Shown: positions 35,863-45,221, counted from the stretch's first letter. The stretch is 64,000 nt of DNA from an uncultured Acidobacteriota bacterium (GCA_963822445.1 CAWGHO010000001.1:128001-192000), one strand, 5' to 3'. Translations and numbers: made by a program. The notes: generated from the sequence alone by a model not told the origin.

Positions 35863-35941
35863 AGGCTCAAAGGCTCAGAGGCTCAAAGGCTCAAAGGCCG
35901 CCCTCCCCTTTGCGCCTTTGAGCCTTTGCGCCTATGCGCCT
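35863..35941. repeat. Octamer-tandem hairpin (AGGCTCAA unit)
   Basis: Four AGGCTCA(A/G) units face four CCTTTG(C/A)G-type units; the der stop lies in the right arm. Confidence 0.85.
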
Positions 35942-37293
35942 CGTTTCTTCATCCCCTTCCGCGCCCGCACCACGAAATGCATCGGCGTCCCCACCAGGCC
36001 CAGGCCTTCGCGGAACTGGTTGTCGAGGTAGCGCTTGTAGGAGAAGTGCAGGGGCTCTTCGACATTCGAGAACAGCGCGAAGGTCGGCGGGCCGGCTTTG
36101 AGCTGGGTCACGTAGTAGAAGCGGCGCGGTTTGCCGCGGACGGTCGGCGGATTGTGCGCGCTCACGGCGCGCTCGAGGATCGTGTTGAGCTCCGAGGTGC
36201 GGAAGCGGCGGCGGTAGCCTTCGACGATCGTGTCGATTCTCGGGAAGACCTTCTCCACGCGCCGGCCGGTCTTCGCGGAGATGAACTCGAGCGGCGCGTA
36301 GGCCAGAAACTTCAAACGAAAGCGAAGCTGCTCCTCGAACTTCTTGTAATCATCCTGCTCGTGCGCTTCGGCATCCCACTTGTTCACCAGGATCAGCGCG
36401 GCCTTTCCCGCTTCATCGGCGTAACCGGCCACGGTCGCGTCCTGCGCCGTCACGCCTTCGGTCGCGTCGATCATCACCAGCGCGATCTCGCACCGCTCGA
36501 TCGCCTTTCGCGCGGAGATCACGGCCAGCTTCTCCGCCTCGTCGGTGGTCTTGCCCTTTCGACGGATCCCGGCCGTGTCGATGATCAGGTACTGCTTGTT
36601 GTTGCGCGTGATCTCCATGTCGATCGCGTCGCGCGTCGTTCCGGAGATCGGTGAGACCACGGCCCGCTCCTGCTGGGTGAGCTTGTTCAGCAGCGAGGAC
36701 TTGCCGACGTTGGGACGGCCGATGATGGCCACGCGGATCGGGCCCGTCTCGTCTTCATCCTCGTCTTTCGCCGATTCCGCGGGGACGATCTCGGAGATCG
36801 TGTCGAGCACTTCCTGAACGCCCGTCCCATGCTCCGCGGACATGCCGATCACGCGCTCGAAGCCGAGCTCCCAGAAATCGTTGATGGCCTCTTCAGCATC
36901 CCGGCGATCGGTCTTGTTCACGATCAGAACCGTCTTCGCTGATTCGGAACGCAGGTCCTGGGCGATCTCGCGGTCTTCCGAGACCACGCCCGCCGCGCCG
37001 TCGACCACGAAGAGGATGAAGTCCGCATCCTCGAGCGCCCTGCTGGCCTGATCGCGAATCTCGCCCGCGAACGCGGACATCGGCGAGTCGCCGTATTCGA
37101 GTCCGCCCGTGTCGGTCAGCTCGTAGCGGCGGCCGTCATCGAGCTCGACGACGTCGGTCAGCCGATCGCGGGTCATGCCCGGGAGATCGTGCGTGAGCGC
37201 GCGCCGTTTTCCGGCGAGGCGATTGAATAGCGTCGACTTGCCGACATTCGGCCGGCCGACGATGACCACTTTTTTCAGGTTGTGATTTGCCAT
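35932..37293 (-). CDS. der: Ribosome biogenesis GTPase Der (EngA)
   Basis: Two GRPNVGKS P-loops, DTGG/DTAG, NKTD/NKWD and a KH-like C-terminus. Confidence 0.96.
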   Translation of the reverse strand: MANHNLKKVVIVGRPNVGKSTLFNRLAGKRRALTHDLPGMTRDRLTDVVELDDGRRYELTDTGGLEYGDSPMSAFAGEIRDQASRALEDADFILFVVDGAAGVVSEDREIAQDLRSESAKTVLIVNKTDRRDAEEAINDFWELGFERVIGMSAEHGTGVQEVLDTISEIVPAESAKDEDEDETGPIRVAIIGRPNVGKSSLLNKLTQQERAVVSPISGTTRDAIDMEITRNNKQYLIIDTAGIRRKGKTTDEAEKLAVISARKAIERCEIALVMIDATEGVTAQDATVAGYADEAGKAALILVNKWDAEAHEQDDYKKFEEQLRFRLKFLAYAPLEFISAKTGRRVEKVFPRIDTIVEGYRRRFRTSELNTILERAVSAHNPPTVRGKPRRFYYVTQLKAGPPTFALFSNVEEPLHFSYKRYLDNQFREGLGLVGTPMHFVVRARKGMKKRGA

Positions 37294-38612
37294 GCTCCGT
37301 ACATCAGCAGCGCGCCGGTGGCGGTATTGAAGAAGTTGAGCGCGCCATTCGGGACGGGCCTGATGCGCTTCCGATTCCAACTCCCGGCGATGCTCTCGAT
37401 GTAAGACCCCGCGAATGCGCTCGCCGTGATGAGCGCCATCGCCTTCCCGCCCGTCCGCAATCCCAGATCGGGCAGGTAACCGTAGTCCAACGCGATCACG
37501 CCCGCAACGGCTACCACGAATCCGCCGATCAATCCCGCCAGCGTCCCCTCGACCGAGATCGCCCCCTCCGTGCCCACGGGCACCCGTTTCAGGGTGAGCG
37601 GGAGAAACGGGCGGCGGCCGAGGAGCTGGCCGATTTCCGAGGCGGTCGTGTCCGCCGCCGCGGTGGCCAGCGAGGCGATGCCCATGAGGTAGATCGGGAT
37701 CACGACCTCAACATCGATCGCTCGCGAGACGGCGATCGCGCAGATCGTGGCCACTCCGGCATTCGAGAACGCGTGACTGAAGCCGCGCCGGCCACCCTTT
37801 TCCTGCGCGAGGCCGAGCGCCGATTTCCGCTGGTAGCCGAGCTTCGTGACGCCGGTGCCGATCACGAAGAAGACCAGCAGAGCCAGGTACATCGGCCAGC
37901 CCGAGCACAGGATGATGATGTTGCCGAGCGCCCAGCCGCCGAGGGCTCCGGAGAAGGTGACGCTGCGGGCGAAGTAACCGGCCAGCGCCAACGCGGCGTT
38001 GACCACGAGCCAGGGAACGATGTCCGGATAGACACCGAATGGTTGCGCGGGACTCAGACCGGCGATCACCAGCGCGGTCGCGGCGGCGAACGGCACGGTC
38101 ACGTTGTCATCAAAGTGCAGCGCGAGCGATTCGGTGATCGAGGCCGCGGCTGCGGCAATGAGCACGACGATGGGATGGCGGTAATCCATCCAGTAGGCGA
38201 CGGCGATTCCGGAGAGTGCGCTGGCAACGAAGCAGCTCAGCAATCCGCCCCACGACTTGTCGCGATTCCAGGGCAGTGACCCGATTCGCATCCACTTGCC
38301 GGCCAGCGTCGCCACGCCGTCACCGAAAGCGAGCATGGCCCAGGCGATCGCAGCGTAGTGAAGGTGATTGCGGAACACGATCACCAGCACGAGGACCGCC
38401 ATCGGATAAAGAACGATCCCTTCATCGAATCCCCGCTCGTGCCGCGCGACGCGTTTTCCGACCAGGCGGTGCAGCAAAAACCAGTTGCTGAAGATGGCGA
38501 TCAGACAGATCGCCGCGGCGATGTGCCAGGGGAGCCATTTCAGGGCGAGCGCGCCGAAGCCGATGGCGATGTGCAGCGACTTGCGCAGGACCTCGTTGGT
38601 GACATGAGCCAT
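37275..38612 (-). CDS. Fusion of a CTP-dependent phytol/dolichol-kinase-like domain and DUF92
   Basis: N-half RKSLH, GDGVATLAG, KSWGG, DDN; C-half GRRG..AFSN, ADTTASEIG, GTEGAISVEGT, NFFNT. Confidence 0.8.
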   Translation of the reverse strand: MAHVTNEVLRKSLHIAIGFGALALKWLPWHIAAAICLIAIFSNWFLLHRLVGKRVARHERGFDEGIVLYPMAVLVLVIVFRNHLHYAAIAWAMLAFGDGVATLAGKWMRIGSLPWNRDKSWGGLLSCFVASALSGIAVAYWMDYRHPIVVLIAAAAASITESLALHFDDNVTVPFAAATALVIAGLSPAQPFGVYPDIVPWLVVNAALALAGYFARSVTFSGALGGWALGNIIILCSGWPMYLALLVFFVIGTGVTKLGYQRKSALGLAQEKGGRRGFSHAFSNAGVATICAIAVSRAIDVEVVIPIYLMGIASLATAAADTTASEIGQLLGRRPFLPLTLKRVPVGTEGAISVEGTLAGLIGGFVVAVAGVIALDYGYLPDLGLRTGGKAMALITASAFAGSYIESIAGSWNRKRIRPVPNGALNFFNTATGALLMYGAWQITT

Positions 38613-38630
38613 GCGGAGGCGAACGATACA

Positions 38631-40046
38631 ATGCCCGCCGGTTTGACTGACGCCCCTCCTCCCCTGCTTTCGGTGATCGTGCCCTGCTACAACGAGCGGG
38701 CCACGGTCGCCGAGCTCCTGCGCCGCGTGCGCGAGGTGCCGGTCGACAAGGAGATCATCGTCATCGATGACCAGTCGACCGACGGCTCGCGCGAAGTCGT
38801 CGCGTCACTCGCGGCGCAATGGCCGGAGATCCGCCATCTCATTCAGCCGGCGAACCGCGGCAAGGGCGCCGCGATCCGCCGCGGCATCGACGAGGCTCGC
38901 GGCGACATCGTGCTCATTCAGGACGCCGATCTCGAGTACGACCCCGAGGAGTATCCGAAGCTCATTCAGCCGATCGTCGATGGCCATGCGGACGTCGTGT
39001 ACGGCTCGCGCTTCGAAGGCTATCCGCGGCGGGTGATGCTCTTCTGGCATCGCATGGGAAACACCTTCCTGACCTTCCTCTCCAACATGACCACCAACCT
39101 CGATCTCACCGACATGGAGACCTGCTACAAGGTCTTCCGCCGCGAGATCATCCAGTCGATCAAGCTCAAGTCCGATCGGTTCGGCATCGAGCCGGAGATC
39201 ACCGCCAAGGTCGCCAAACGCGGCTATCGCATTTACGAAGTGCCGATCTCGTACTACGGCCGCGATTACTGGGAAGGGAAGAAGATCAACTGGAAGGACG
39301 GTTTCGTCGCGCTCTGGACGATCCTGCGCTACGGCCTGTTCGACGATCGCGACACCGAGCCGCGCACCTACACGCAACTGCGCCGCCGCGCGCGCCTGAA
39401 GAAGTACAACCGCTGGGTCTGGGAGCGCCTGCAGCCGTTCGTCGGTCAGCGCGTGCTCGAAGTGGGCGCGGGCAGCGGAACGATGACCCGCTTCCTGTAT
39501 GGCCGCGAGCTGATCGTCACCACTGATCGCGAAACCGCGTATCTCGACCGCCTGCGCAATTACTTCCGCCGCCGTCCGGGAATCGTCGTGGAGCGCTGCG
39601 ATCTGGAGTCGGACGAGTCGCGGGAGCTGGCGCGATACAAGTTCGATACGGTGATGCTGATCAACGTGCTCGAACACACGAACGACGACGCCGGTGCGTT
39701 GCGCCGCGCGCATCAGCTGCTCGAGCCGCGCGGACGGGTCGTGATCTTCGTTCCCGCGGACAAGTCGCTGTACGGCTCGATGGATGAAGGGATCGGCCAC
39801 ACGCGCCGCTACGAGAAGGACGAGTTGATCGCGCGCGTTCGCGAGGCTGGGTTCACGCTCGAGTACGCGAGCCATCAGAACCAGATCTCCCGCCTGGCCT
39901 GGCGCATCAACTCGAAGCTCCTCGGCCGGAAAGCACTGCCCAGCGCGCAATCGCGGCTCTTCGATTTCTTCGTGCCGCTGTTCCGCGGACTCGAAGGCGA
40001 GAATCCATCGAGTGGCTTGAGTCTGATCGCGGTAGGCCGCAAATGA
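38631..40046 (+). CDS. GT2 glycosyltransferase (DPM1-like) fused to a class I SAM methyltransferase-like domain
   Basis: VPCYNE, QDADLEYDP and DMETCYK; VLEVGAGSG and NVLEH. Confidence 0.88.
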   Translation: MPAGLTDAPPPLLSVIVPCYNERATVAELLRRVREVPVDKEIIVIDDQSTDGSREVVASLAAQWPEIRHLIQPANRGKGAAIRRGIDEARGDIVLIQDADLEYDPEEYPKLIQPIVDGHADVVYGSRFEGYPRRVMLFWHRMGNTFLTFLSNMTTNLDLTDMETCYKVFRREIIQSIKLKSDRFGIEPEITAKVAKRGYRIYEVPISYYGRDYWEGKKINWKDGFVALWTILRYGLFDDRDTEPRTYTQLRRRARLKKYNRWVWERLQPFVGQRVLEVGAGSGTMTRFLYGRELIVTTDRETAYLDRLRNYFRRRPGIVVERCDLESDESRELARYKFDTVMLINVLEHTNDDAGALRRAHQLLEPRGRVVIFVPADKSLYGSMDEGIGHTRRYEKDELIARVREAGFTLEYASHQNQISRLAWRINSKLLGRKALPSAQSRLFDFFVPLFRGLEGENPSSGLSLIAVGRK

Positions 40047-40846
40047 AACGCGCCGCGGTGATCCTCGCCGGCGGTGCGGGCACGCGACTGCGGCCGCTCA
40101 GCTCCGACGAGAATCCGAAGCAGTTTCTGAAGCTGTTCGATGGCCAGTCGCTCCTGCAACTGACGTTCGATCGCCTGCGCCGCATCCTCCCCGCCGACGC
40201 GATCTTTGTCTCAACGAACGACCAGTACGCGGCGAAGAGCCTCGAGCACCTGCCCGAGCTGCCGCCTGAAAACGTGATCGCCGAGCCGGCCCGCCGCAAC
40301 ACGGCGCCGGCCATCGCCCTGTGCACGTTCGAGATCGAAGAGCGCATCGGTCCCTGCACCGTGTCGTTCCTCGCCTCGGATCACTACATCGGCAAGGTCG
40401 ACGAGTTCGTGCGCGTGCTCTCCCGCGCATACGACTTCGCCGAAACGAATGACTATCTGATGACGATCGGCATCGCGCCAGACGAGCCCACCACCGGCTT
40501 CGGCTATCTCGAGCTCGGCGAAACGCTCGATGGCGAAGTGATGCGCGTGCGCGCCTTCACCGAAAAGCCGGACCGCCCCCGCGCGGAGGAGTTTCTGCGC
40601 GCGGGAAATTACGCCTGGAACGCGAGCATGTTCGTCTGGCGCTCGGAGGTCTTCCGCCGCGAGCTCGCCGCGGTCGCACCGGACCTTGCCGGCGTGACCC
40701 GCGCAAATTACGAGGAGATGCCGTCGATCTCGATCGACTACGCGCTGATGGAAAAGTCGCCGCGCGTCGCCACGATTCGCGGGGATTTCGAATGGTCGGA
40801 TGTGGGGACGTTCGAGGCTCTGCGGCGCGTCGGCGTGGATGTTTAG
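40043..40846 (+). CDS. manC: Mannose-1-phosphate guanylyltransferase (short form)
   Basis: LAGGAGTRL.PLS...PKQF, EPARRNTAPA, FTEKP, SIDYALME and WSDVG. Confidence 0.8.
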   Translation: MKRAAVILAGGAGTRLRPLSSDENPKQFLKLFDGQSLLQLTFDRLRRILPADAIFVSTNDQYAAKSLEHLPELPPENVIAEPARRNTAPAIALCTFEIEERIGPCTVSFLASDHYIGKVDEFVRVLSRAYDFAETNDYLMTIGIAPDEPTTGFGYLELGETLDGEVMRVRAFTEKPDRPRAEEFLRAGNYAWNASMFVWRSEVFRRELAAVAPDLAGVTRANYEEMPSISIDYALMEKSPRVATIRGDFEWSDVGTFEALRRVGVDV

Positions 40847-40902
40847 CTCGATGCCACAGGGGACGACCGGGGGCCTCCGGACATCTGAGCCTTCCTGTCA
40901 AG

Positions 40903-42147
40903 TCAGGCAGCAGCTGTGGCGAGGGTTGAGCCTCGGGTGGCGAGCTGCCGCAGATAGAGAGCTTCGTCGTAGACGGTGCGATTGTTCCAGCAGGCGTAAA
41001 GGACGCGGATCCAGCGGTAAGCGAGCGTGCGGATAGCCTCGTGGTGGCTGTGTCCGCGCGCGCGTTGCTGCTTGTAGAAGGCTCGAGCCCATTCGGACTG
41101 ACCGATCGACACGCGGGCGTACTCATGGAACGTCTGACGCAGGAACTTCGGACAGGCCCAGCGCATGTGCACGACCGCCGTTTTGCCGCTCCGGCGGAGA
41201 ACCGGGGCGATGCCGCTTCGGGTGGCGACGTTGACGGCGCTGCCGAAGCGCTTGCGATCGGTCCCGAAGGCGGCGGCGAGCCGCGGCGCGAGCTGTTGGC
41301 CGGCGCCAGGGAAGCTCGCGAAGATCGACGCGTCCTGGTGGGCGGCGAACGCCGCCGAGATCTTCTGGTCGTACGTGGCGATGCTCGTGTTGAGGGCCCG
41401 GATCTGCGCAACCTCGCTTCCGATCAGCAGCACGGCAGCGTCAGTGGTGACCTGATCGTCGTGGAACGCGACCTCTGAACGGATCTCGGCGAGCCTCTGG
41501 TCGATCCACGCGGCCGCGTGATGACGACCCGCATAGAACCTCCTTATCGCGGACGGCCGAGCCCTTTGGATGGCCTCGAGCGTCGGCCAGCGTTCGAGGA
41601 AGTCACAGGCCTGCGCCGTAATCAACGCGCCGGCCCACTGGAGCGCCTGCGGGTAATACGTCTTGAGCCGATCGGTCATGCGTTGGACGTGTTGCGTCCT
41701 CTGATCGACGAGCTCCCGCCGATCCTCGGTCAGAAGCCGCAGCAGACGCGTAGAAGCGTCGTCGGCGATGAACGGGCGCAGCTCGTTGCGGTGCTTACGA
41801 AGCAGGTCGAGCAAGGACGCCGCGTCGGTCGGATCGTCTTTCGAAAGGCTCGGATGAAACGCCTCACGATACCGGGCTGCACTGCGTGGGTTGATCGGAT
41901 ACAACGTGACGAACGGATAGCCGCTGAGCGCGTCGAAGACCGCGCCGCGGGACTGCTCGATGGCCACGGCGATCGGTGCCCCGCCGAAGCGCGCCTGCAG
42001 CGCTTCGATCCATGCGCGCAGAGCCGCAGGCGTGTGCTCGATGCGCTCGTTCGTGCACGTCTGCTGTTGCTCGTCCCAAAGAGCCACCTCGTGCGATGTG
42101 TCACCCCAATCCAGCCCCACCAACGCCCCAAACTCGAACTCGGTCAT
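40903..42147 (-). CDS. IS110 DEDD transposase / bridge recombinase (414 aa)
   Basis: GLDWG, AIEQS and KDDPTDA (DEDD); GIAPVLRRSGK in the Tnp domain; GGAGG RBS. Confidence 0.95.
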   Translation of the reverse strand: MTEFEFGALVGLDWGDTSHEVALWDEQQQTCTNERIEHTPAALRAWIEALQARFGGAPIAVAIEQSRGAVFDALSGYPFVTLYPINPRSAARYREAFHPSLSKDDPTDAASLLDLLRKHRNELRPFIADDASTRLLRLLTEDRRELVDQRTQHVQRMTDRLKTYYPQALQWAGALITAQACDFLERWPTLEAIQRARPSAIRRFYAGRHHAAAWIDQRLAEIRSEVAFHDDQVTTDAAVLLIGSEVAQIRALNTSIATYDQKISAAFAAHQDASIFASFPGAGQQLAPRLAAAFGTDRKRFGSAVNVATRSGIAPVLRRSGKTAVVHMRWACPKFLRQTFHEYARVSIGQSEWARAFYKQQRARGHSHHEAIRTLAYRWIRVLYACWNNRTVYDEALYLRQLATRGSTLATAAA

Positions 42148-42167
42148 CACACCCTCCCTTCGGGTTG

Positions 42168-42410
42168 GCTTTGGCCGCGCGCAAGGCCTATAGTCGAGTC
42201 GTGCTCCGACAGCATCTGAGAATGCGTTTCGGGCCAAAGCACTTCGTCCCGCTCGAAAGTCCGGAGGGATTCGTCGATCCGAACACGGGCGGAATTCGTA
42301 GCGGGACGAACCCTTCCTCTCAGTATCGCGCCGCCTGAACCCGATTCTCCCGATTGCCACCCAACGGGTACTTCTCTGAGGGCTGAGGGAGAAGCGGAGA
42401 GACGGCCGGA
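42168..42410 (-). ncRNA. Predicted IS110 bridge RNA (target- and donor-binding loops; ends approximate)
   Basis: Stems 42243-53/42300-10 (11 bp) and 42168-76/42232-40 (9 bp) enclose segments matching the target and the circle junction. Confidence 0.8.
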
Positions 42411-42557
42411 CAAGCTATAGGCGGGCCGGCCACGGGCCGGCAGGCGCTGGTTGTGCCTTCTGCCGAGCTCACGGTAGCTAGCGCGGATCGCGTTCACGCC
42501 AACATGAGCGCTGCCGGCCGTGCCGGCCCGCCGGAGGCCTCTGGTTTCCCTGTTGCA

Positions 42558-43391
42558 TCACGCGAACAATCGCGTCGCGTTGTCCCAGAGGATCTTCCGC
42601 TCGACCTCGTCGCCCAGCCCCAAAGACAGAAACTCCTCCACATTCCGCTTCATCGACGCCACGCCGGGTGAAGGCCAATCCGTCCCCCACACCACCTTGT
42701 CCGCGATCTGCGCGACGCGCGGGAAGTACTTAGGCAACGCTTTGGGCGGGATGCCCGACAGGTCGATGTTCACGTTCGGGTGGCGGCGGGCCAGGAAGAA
42801 CGCCGTCTCGCCGTACAGCGGACGGCCCGCGTGCGCGAGGATGATCTTCAGATTCGGGAAGTCCACGGCCACGTCATCGACCGGCATCGGGTCGGCGAAA
42901 ACGTTGCGGGCGCGCGGGAACACCGACGTTCCCGTGTGGAACATCACCGGCACGCCGCGCGCTTCGCATTCGCGATAGATCTCCGCGAGCTGCCACAGCT
43001 CGCCGCGGTACGCGTTCGGCGAGAAGAGCTGGTGCGGCGGATGGATCTTGATCATGCCGATGCCGAGGTCGAGGACGCGGCGGATCTCGTCGCGGACGTT
43101 CATCTCGTGCAGCGGATTGACCGAGCCGACCGGCACCAGGCGATCGCGGTGGTCCTTCGTGTAATCCGCGATCCAGTCGTTCACTTCGCGGGTGAAACCC
43201 ATCACGTCCGGTGAGACGTAGTTGATGCAGCACAGACGCTCCACGCCCTGCTCGTCCATGTGGCGCAGGAGATTCTCCGGCGTCGACAGGATGTCCTTCG
43301 CGTTCGCGTGTGAAGGATCGTCGATCATGGCCAGCGCATCGGGATTGACCATCTGCCACGGCTGGATGTGGACGTGAACGTCGAAAATCAT
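42558..43391 (-). CDS. Amidohydrolase_2-family protein
   Basis: DVHVH, KIHP, FHTG, AHAG and WGTDWP. Confidence 0.9.
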   Translation of the reverse strand: MIFDVHVHIQPWQMVNPDALAMIDDPSHANAKDILSTPENLLRHMDEQGVERLCCINYVSPDVMGFTREVNDWIADYTKDHRDRLVPVGSVNPLHEMNVRDEIRRVLDLGIGMIKIHPPHQLFSPNAYRGELWQLAEIYRECEARGVPVMFHTGTSVFPRARNVFADPMPVDDVAVDFPNLKIILAHAGRPLYGETAFFLARRHPNVNIDLSGIPPKALPKYFPRVAQIADKVVWGTDWPSPGVASMKRNVEEFLSLGLGDEVERKILWDNATRLFA

Positions 43392-43493
43392 AGTCGTTAG
43401 TGGTTAGTCGTTAGTCGTTAGTAGGGCGGACAGGAGCCGCGCGAGACGGACGTTCATGCTACTAACGACTAACCACTAACGACTAGCGACTCA
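43391..43493. repeat. Heptamer-tandem hairpin (TAGTCGT unit), second copy
   Basis: Arms 43391-43424 and 43459-43491; same unit as 6309, different loop. Confidence 0.92.
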
Positions 43494-43934
43494 AACAAGC
43501 ATCACCAGCCGCATGCACACAGCGCTCTCCGGGCAGGCATCCTGGAACTCGCGGGAGCTGAGCAACTGCGGATGCACTTCATCGCGGTCGATGGTCTTGA
43601 AGCCGCGCTTCTTGAAGTAGGCCTCGGCCGTGGTGGTGAGCAGGTAGAACTCGCGCAGTCCGCGCGAGGCCAGGCGATCGAGGAGCTGGCGGACGATGCG
43701 GCGTCCGAGACCGTGGCTGCGGTGCTCCGGTTTCACGGCGACGGAGCGGAGCAGCGCCGCAAACTGATACGCCTCCGCACCGCCGCAGGCGACGATCTTG
43801 TCGCCGTCGCGGGCGACGAGAAACGTCTTCCAGTGATCGTCGACGCCGGCCGTCGGAAGCTCGTTCTCGATGAGGAGAGTCTTGATGGCCTCGACGTCGG
43901 CCGCGGTCGCGGGACTGATGGTGATCTCGGACAT
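43491..43934 (-). CDS. GNAT N-acetyltransferase (ArsN2/ArgA-like)
   Basis: LLRSVAV, HGLG, YLLTTTAEAYF and CPESAVCM. Confidence 0.85.
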   Translation of the reverse strand: MSEITISPATAADVEAIKTLLIENELPTAGVDDHWKTFLVARDGDKIVACGGAEAYQFAALLRSVAVKPEHRSHGLGRRIVRQLLDRLASRGLREFYLLTTTAEAYFKKRGFKTIDRDEVHPQLLSSREFQDACPESAVCMRLVMLV

Positions 43935-43950
43935 GGACGAGCCGGGATCA

Positions 43951-43986
43951 TAAAACGAAAAGGCCGGGCTCGAGGCCCGGCCTCTC
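43951..43986 (-). terminator. Intrinsic terminator
   Basis: Minus strand AGGCCGGGC-CTCGA-GCCCGGCCT followed by TTTCGTTTT. Confidence 0.75.
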
Positions 43987-44009
43987 ACATCATCTATTTA
44001 CTGCTCAGG

Positions 44010-44390
44010 TCAGTGCCGCCCGCTGGACGAATCACCGATGCCGGAGCTGCCGCTGTTGCTGTTGCGGCCGCCCGACTGCTCGTTACGGTCGAAGTCGCTC
44101 TGCGAGCCTGAACGGCGGCCCGAGGAGCTGCCCAAGCTGCCCTGGCCCGAGCGGCGGCTGGACTCGTTCTCCATACCGGATTCACGGTTGGTCACTTCAT
44201 CGTTATTTCGGTTGCGGTTCATTTCTCCTCCTTCGCTCAGATTCTCCGAGCGGCCGATGCTCTGTCCGAACTCGGCGCTCGTTCCGCTGTTCTCGCGCCG
44301 CCCCTTCTCTTCCTCGGTCTGGCGGTTGAGCTGGCCAGCCTCGGTCGGGGTCGTGCGCTGACTCACGCGATCTCTTTCGCGATTTTCCAT
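44010..44390 (-). CDS. Very hydrophilic low-complexity protein (stress/LEA-like)
   Basis: GGAGGT RBS; rich in R/E/S/G/N; followed by a terminator. Confidence 0.65.
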   Translation of the reverse strand: MENRERDRVSQRTTPTEAGQLNRQTEEEKGRRENSGTSAEFGQSIGRSENLSEGGEMNRNRNNDEVTNRESGMENESSRRSGQGSLGSSSGRRSGSQSDFDRNEQSGGRNSNSGSSGIGDSSSGRH

Positions 44391-44454
44391 TGCACCTCCA
44401 TTTGTTGGCCCCGGCACGTGCCGTGGACACTCCAAATAAGTGCAATCGGGATAC

Positions 44455-45170
44455 CTACCGCAGCTCGAAAGTCACTGACACCGTGAAACTTAGCTCTTCC
44501 GTACCGGCTTCGACGGGCACGTCCGCGTTCCCCACTCTGGCTTCCATGGCCATCTGCCGCATCATCGGCTGCGGCTGCTGGGGATGCTGCACCCCCTCGC
44601 TGATGACGATGGCCCGGCCGAGGGTGCGGCCGGCGGCCTGGGCGAGGAGAGTTGCCTTGGCCCGGGCGTCGTCGAAGGCGGCCTTCAAACCGGTCTCGCG
44701 GCCGCGACGCGGATCGGAGACCTGGAACTGAAGTCCCGACGAGGTGTTGACGCCGGCGCCGATGGCGATGCCGAGGAGCTTTCCGGCCTGGTCGACCTTG
44801 TCGCTGCGGACGGTGATGTTGTTCGAGACCTGGTAGCCGAGGATCCGGGGAAGGCGGCCTTCCTGATAGTCCTGCTGCGGGTAGATGTTGAAGTTCGAGG
44901 TCTGGATGTCCTTGTCCGTCGCACCGGCCTTCTTCAACGCGGCGATGACCGCGGCGACGCGGCGGTTGTTTTCGGCGACGGCGTCATCGACGGTGTTGGC
45001 GACGGTCTGCACGCCGACCTGAAGTTGAAGCGGTCGGGCGTCATCAGGGTACTTCCGGTGCCGGTGACGCTGACCGTCTCGACCATGGTTGGTGCGACAG
45101 GCGTCGATGTCTGGGCGAGCGCTCCGGTGGCCGCGCTGAACGCGATCAAAAACAGGAGAAATCTTTTCAT
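44455..45170 (-). CDS. SIMPL (DUF541) periplasmic protein; one apparent frameshift (~45020)
   Basis: Signal peptide and VSVTGTG..TPD in one frame; IQTSNFNIYPQ..GYQVSN..DARAKA..LA in another. Confidence 0.85.
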
Positions 45171-45221
45171 GTAACCTCCTGTATTGGGTGGTCGCAGTAT
45201 GCGCGCCAGCTAACCCACCGA

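Larger units (their letters stand above)
40881..42421 (-). mobile_element. IS110-family insertion sequence, about 1.54 kb, core CC (GG on +)
   Basis: DEDD recombinase; GG at both junctions (40879-80, 42420-21); removing the element restores the repeat arm; no terminal IRs. Confidence 0.92.
40850..42559. repeat. Long imperfect palindromic repeat whose left arm is split by IS110
   Basis: Joining 40850-40880 to 42422-42448 reconstitutes an imperfect reverse complement of 42507-42559. Confidence 0.85.

Noticed and set aside
42148-42360. N-terminal extension of the IS110 transposase in the ORF track
   Set aside because: The RBS and RuvC-like start lie at 42147-42150; the upstream region is better explained as structured RNA.
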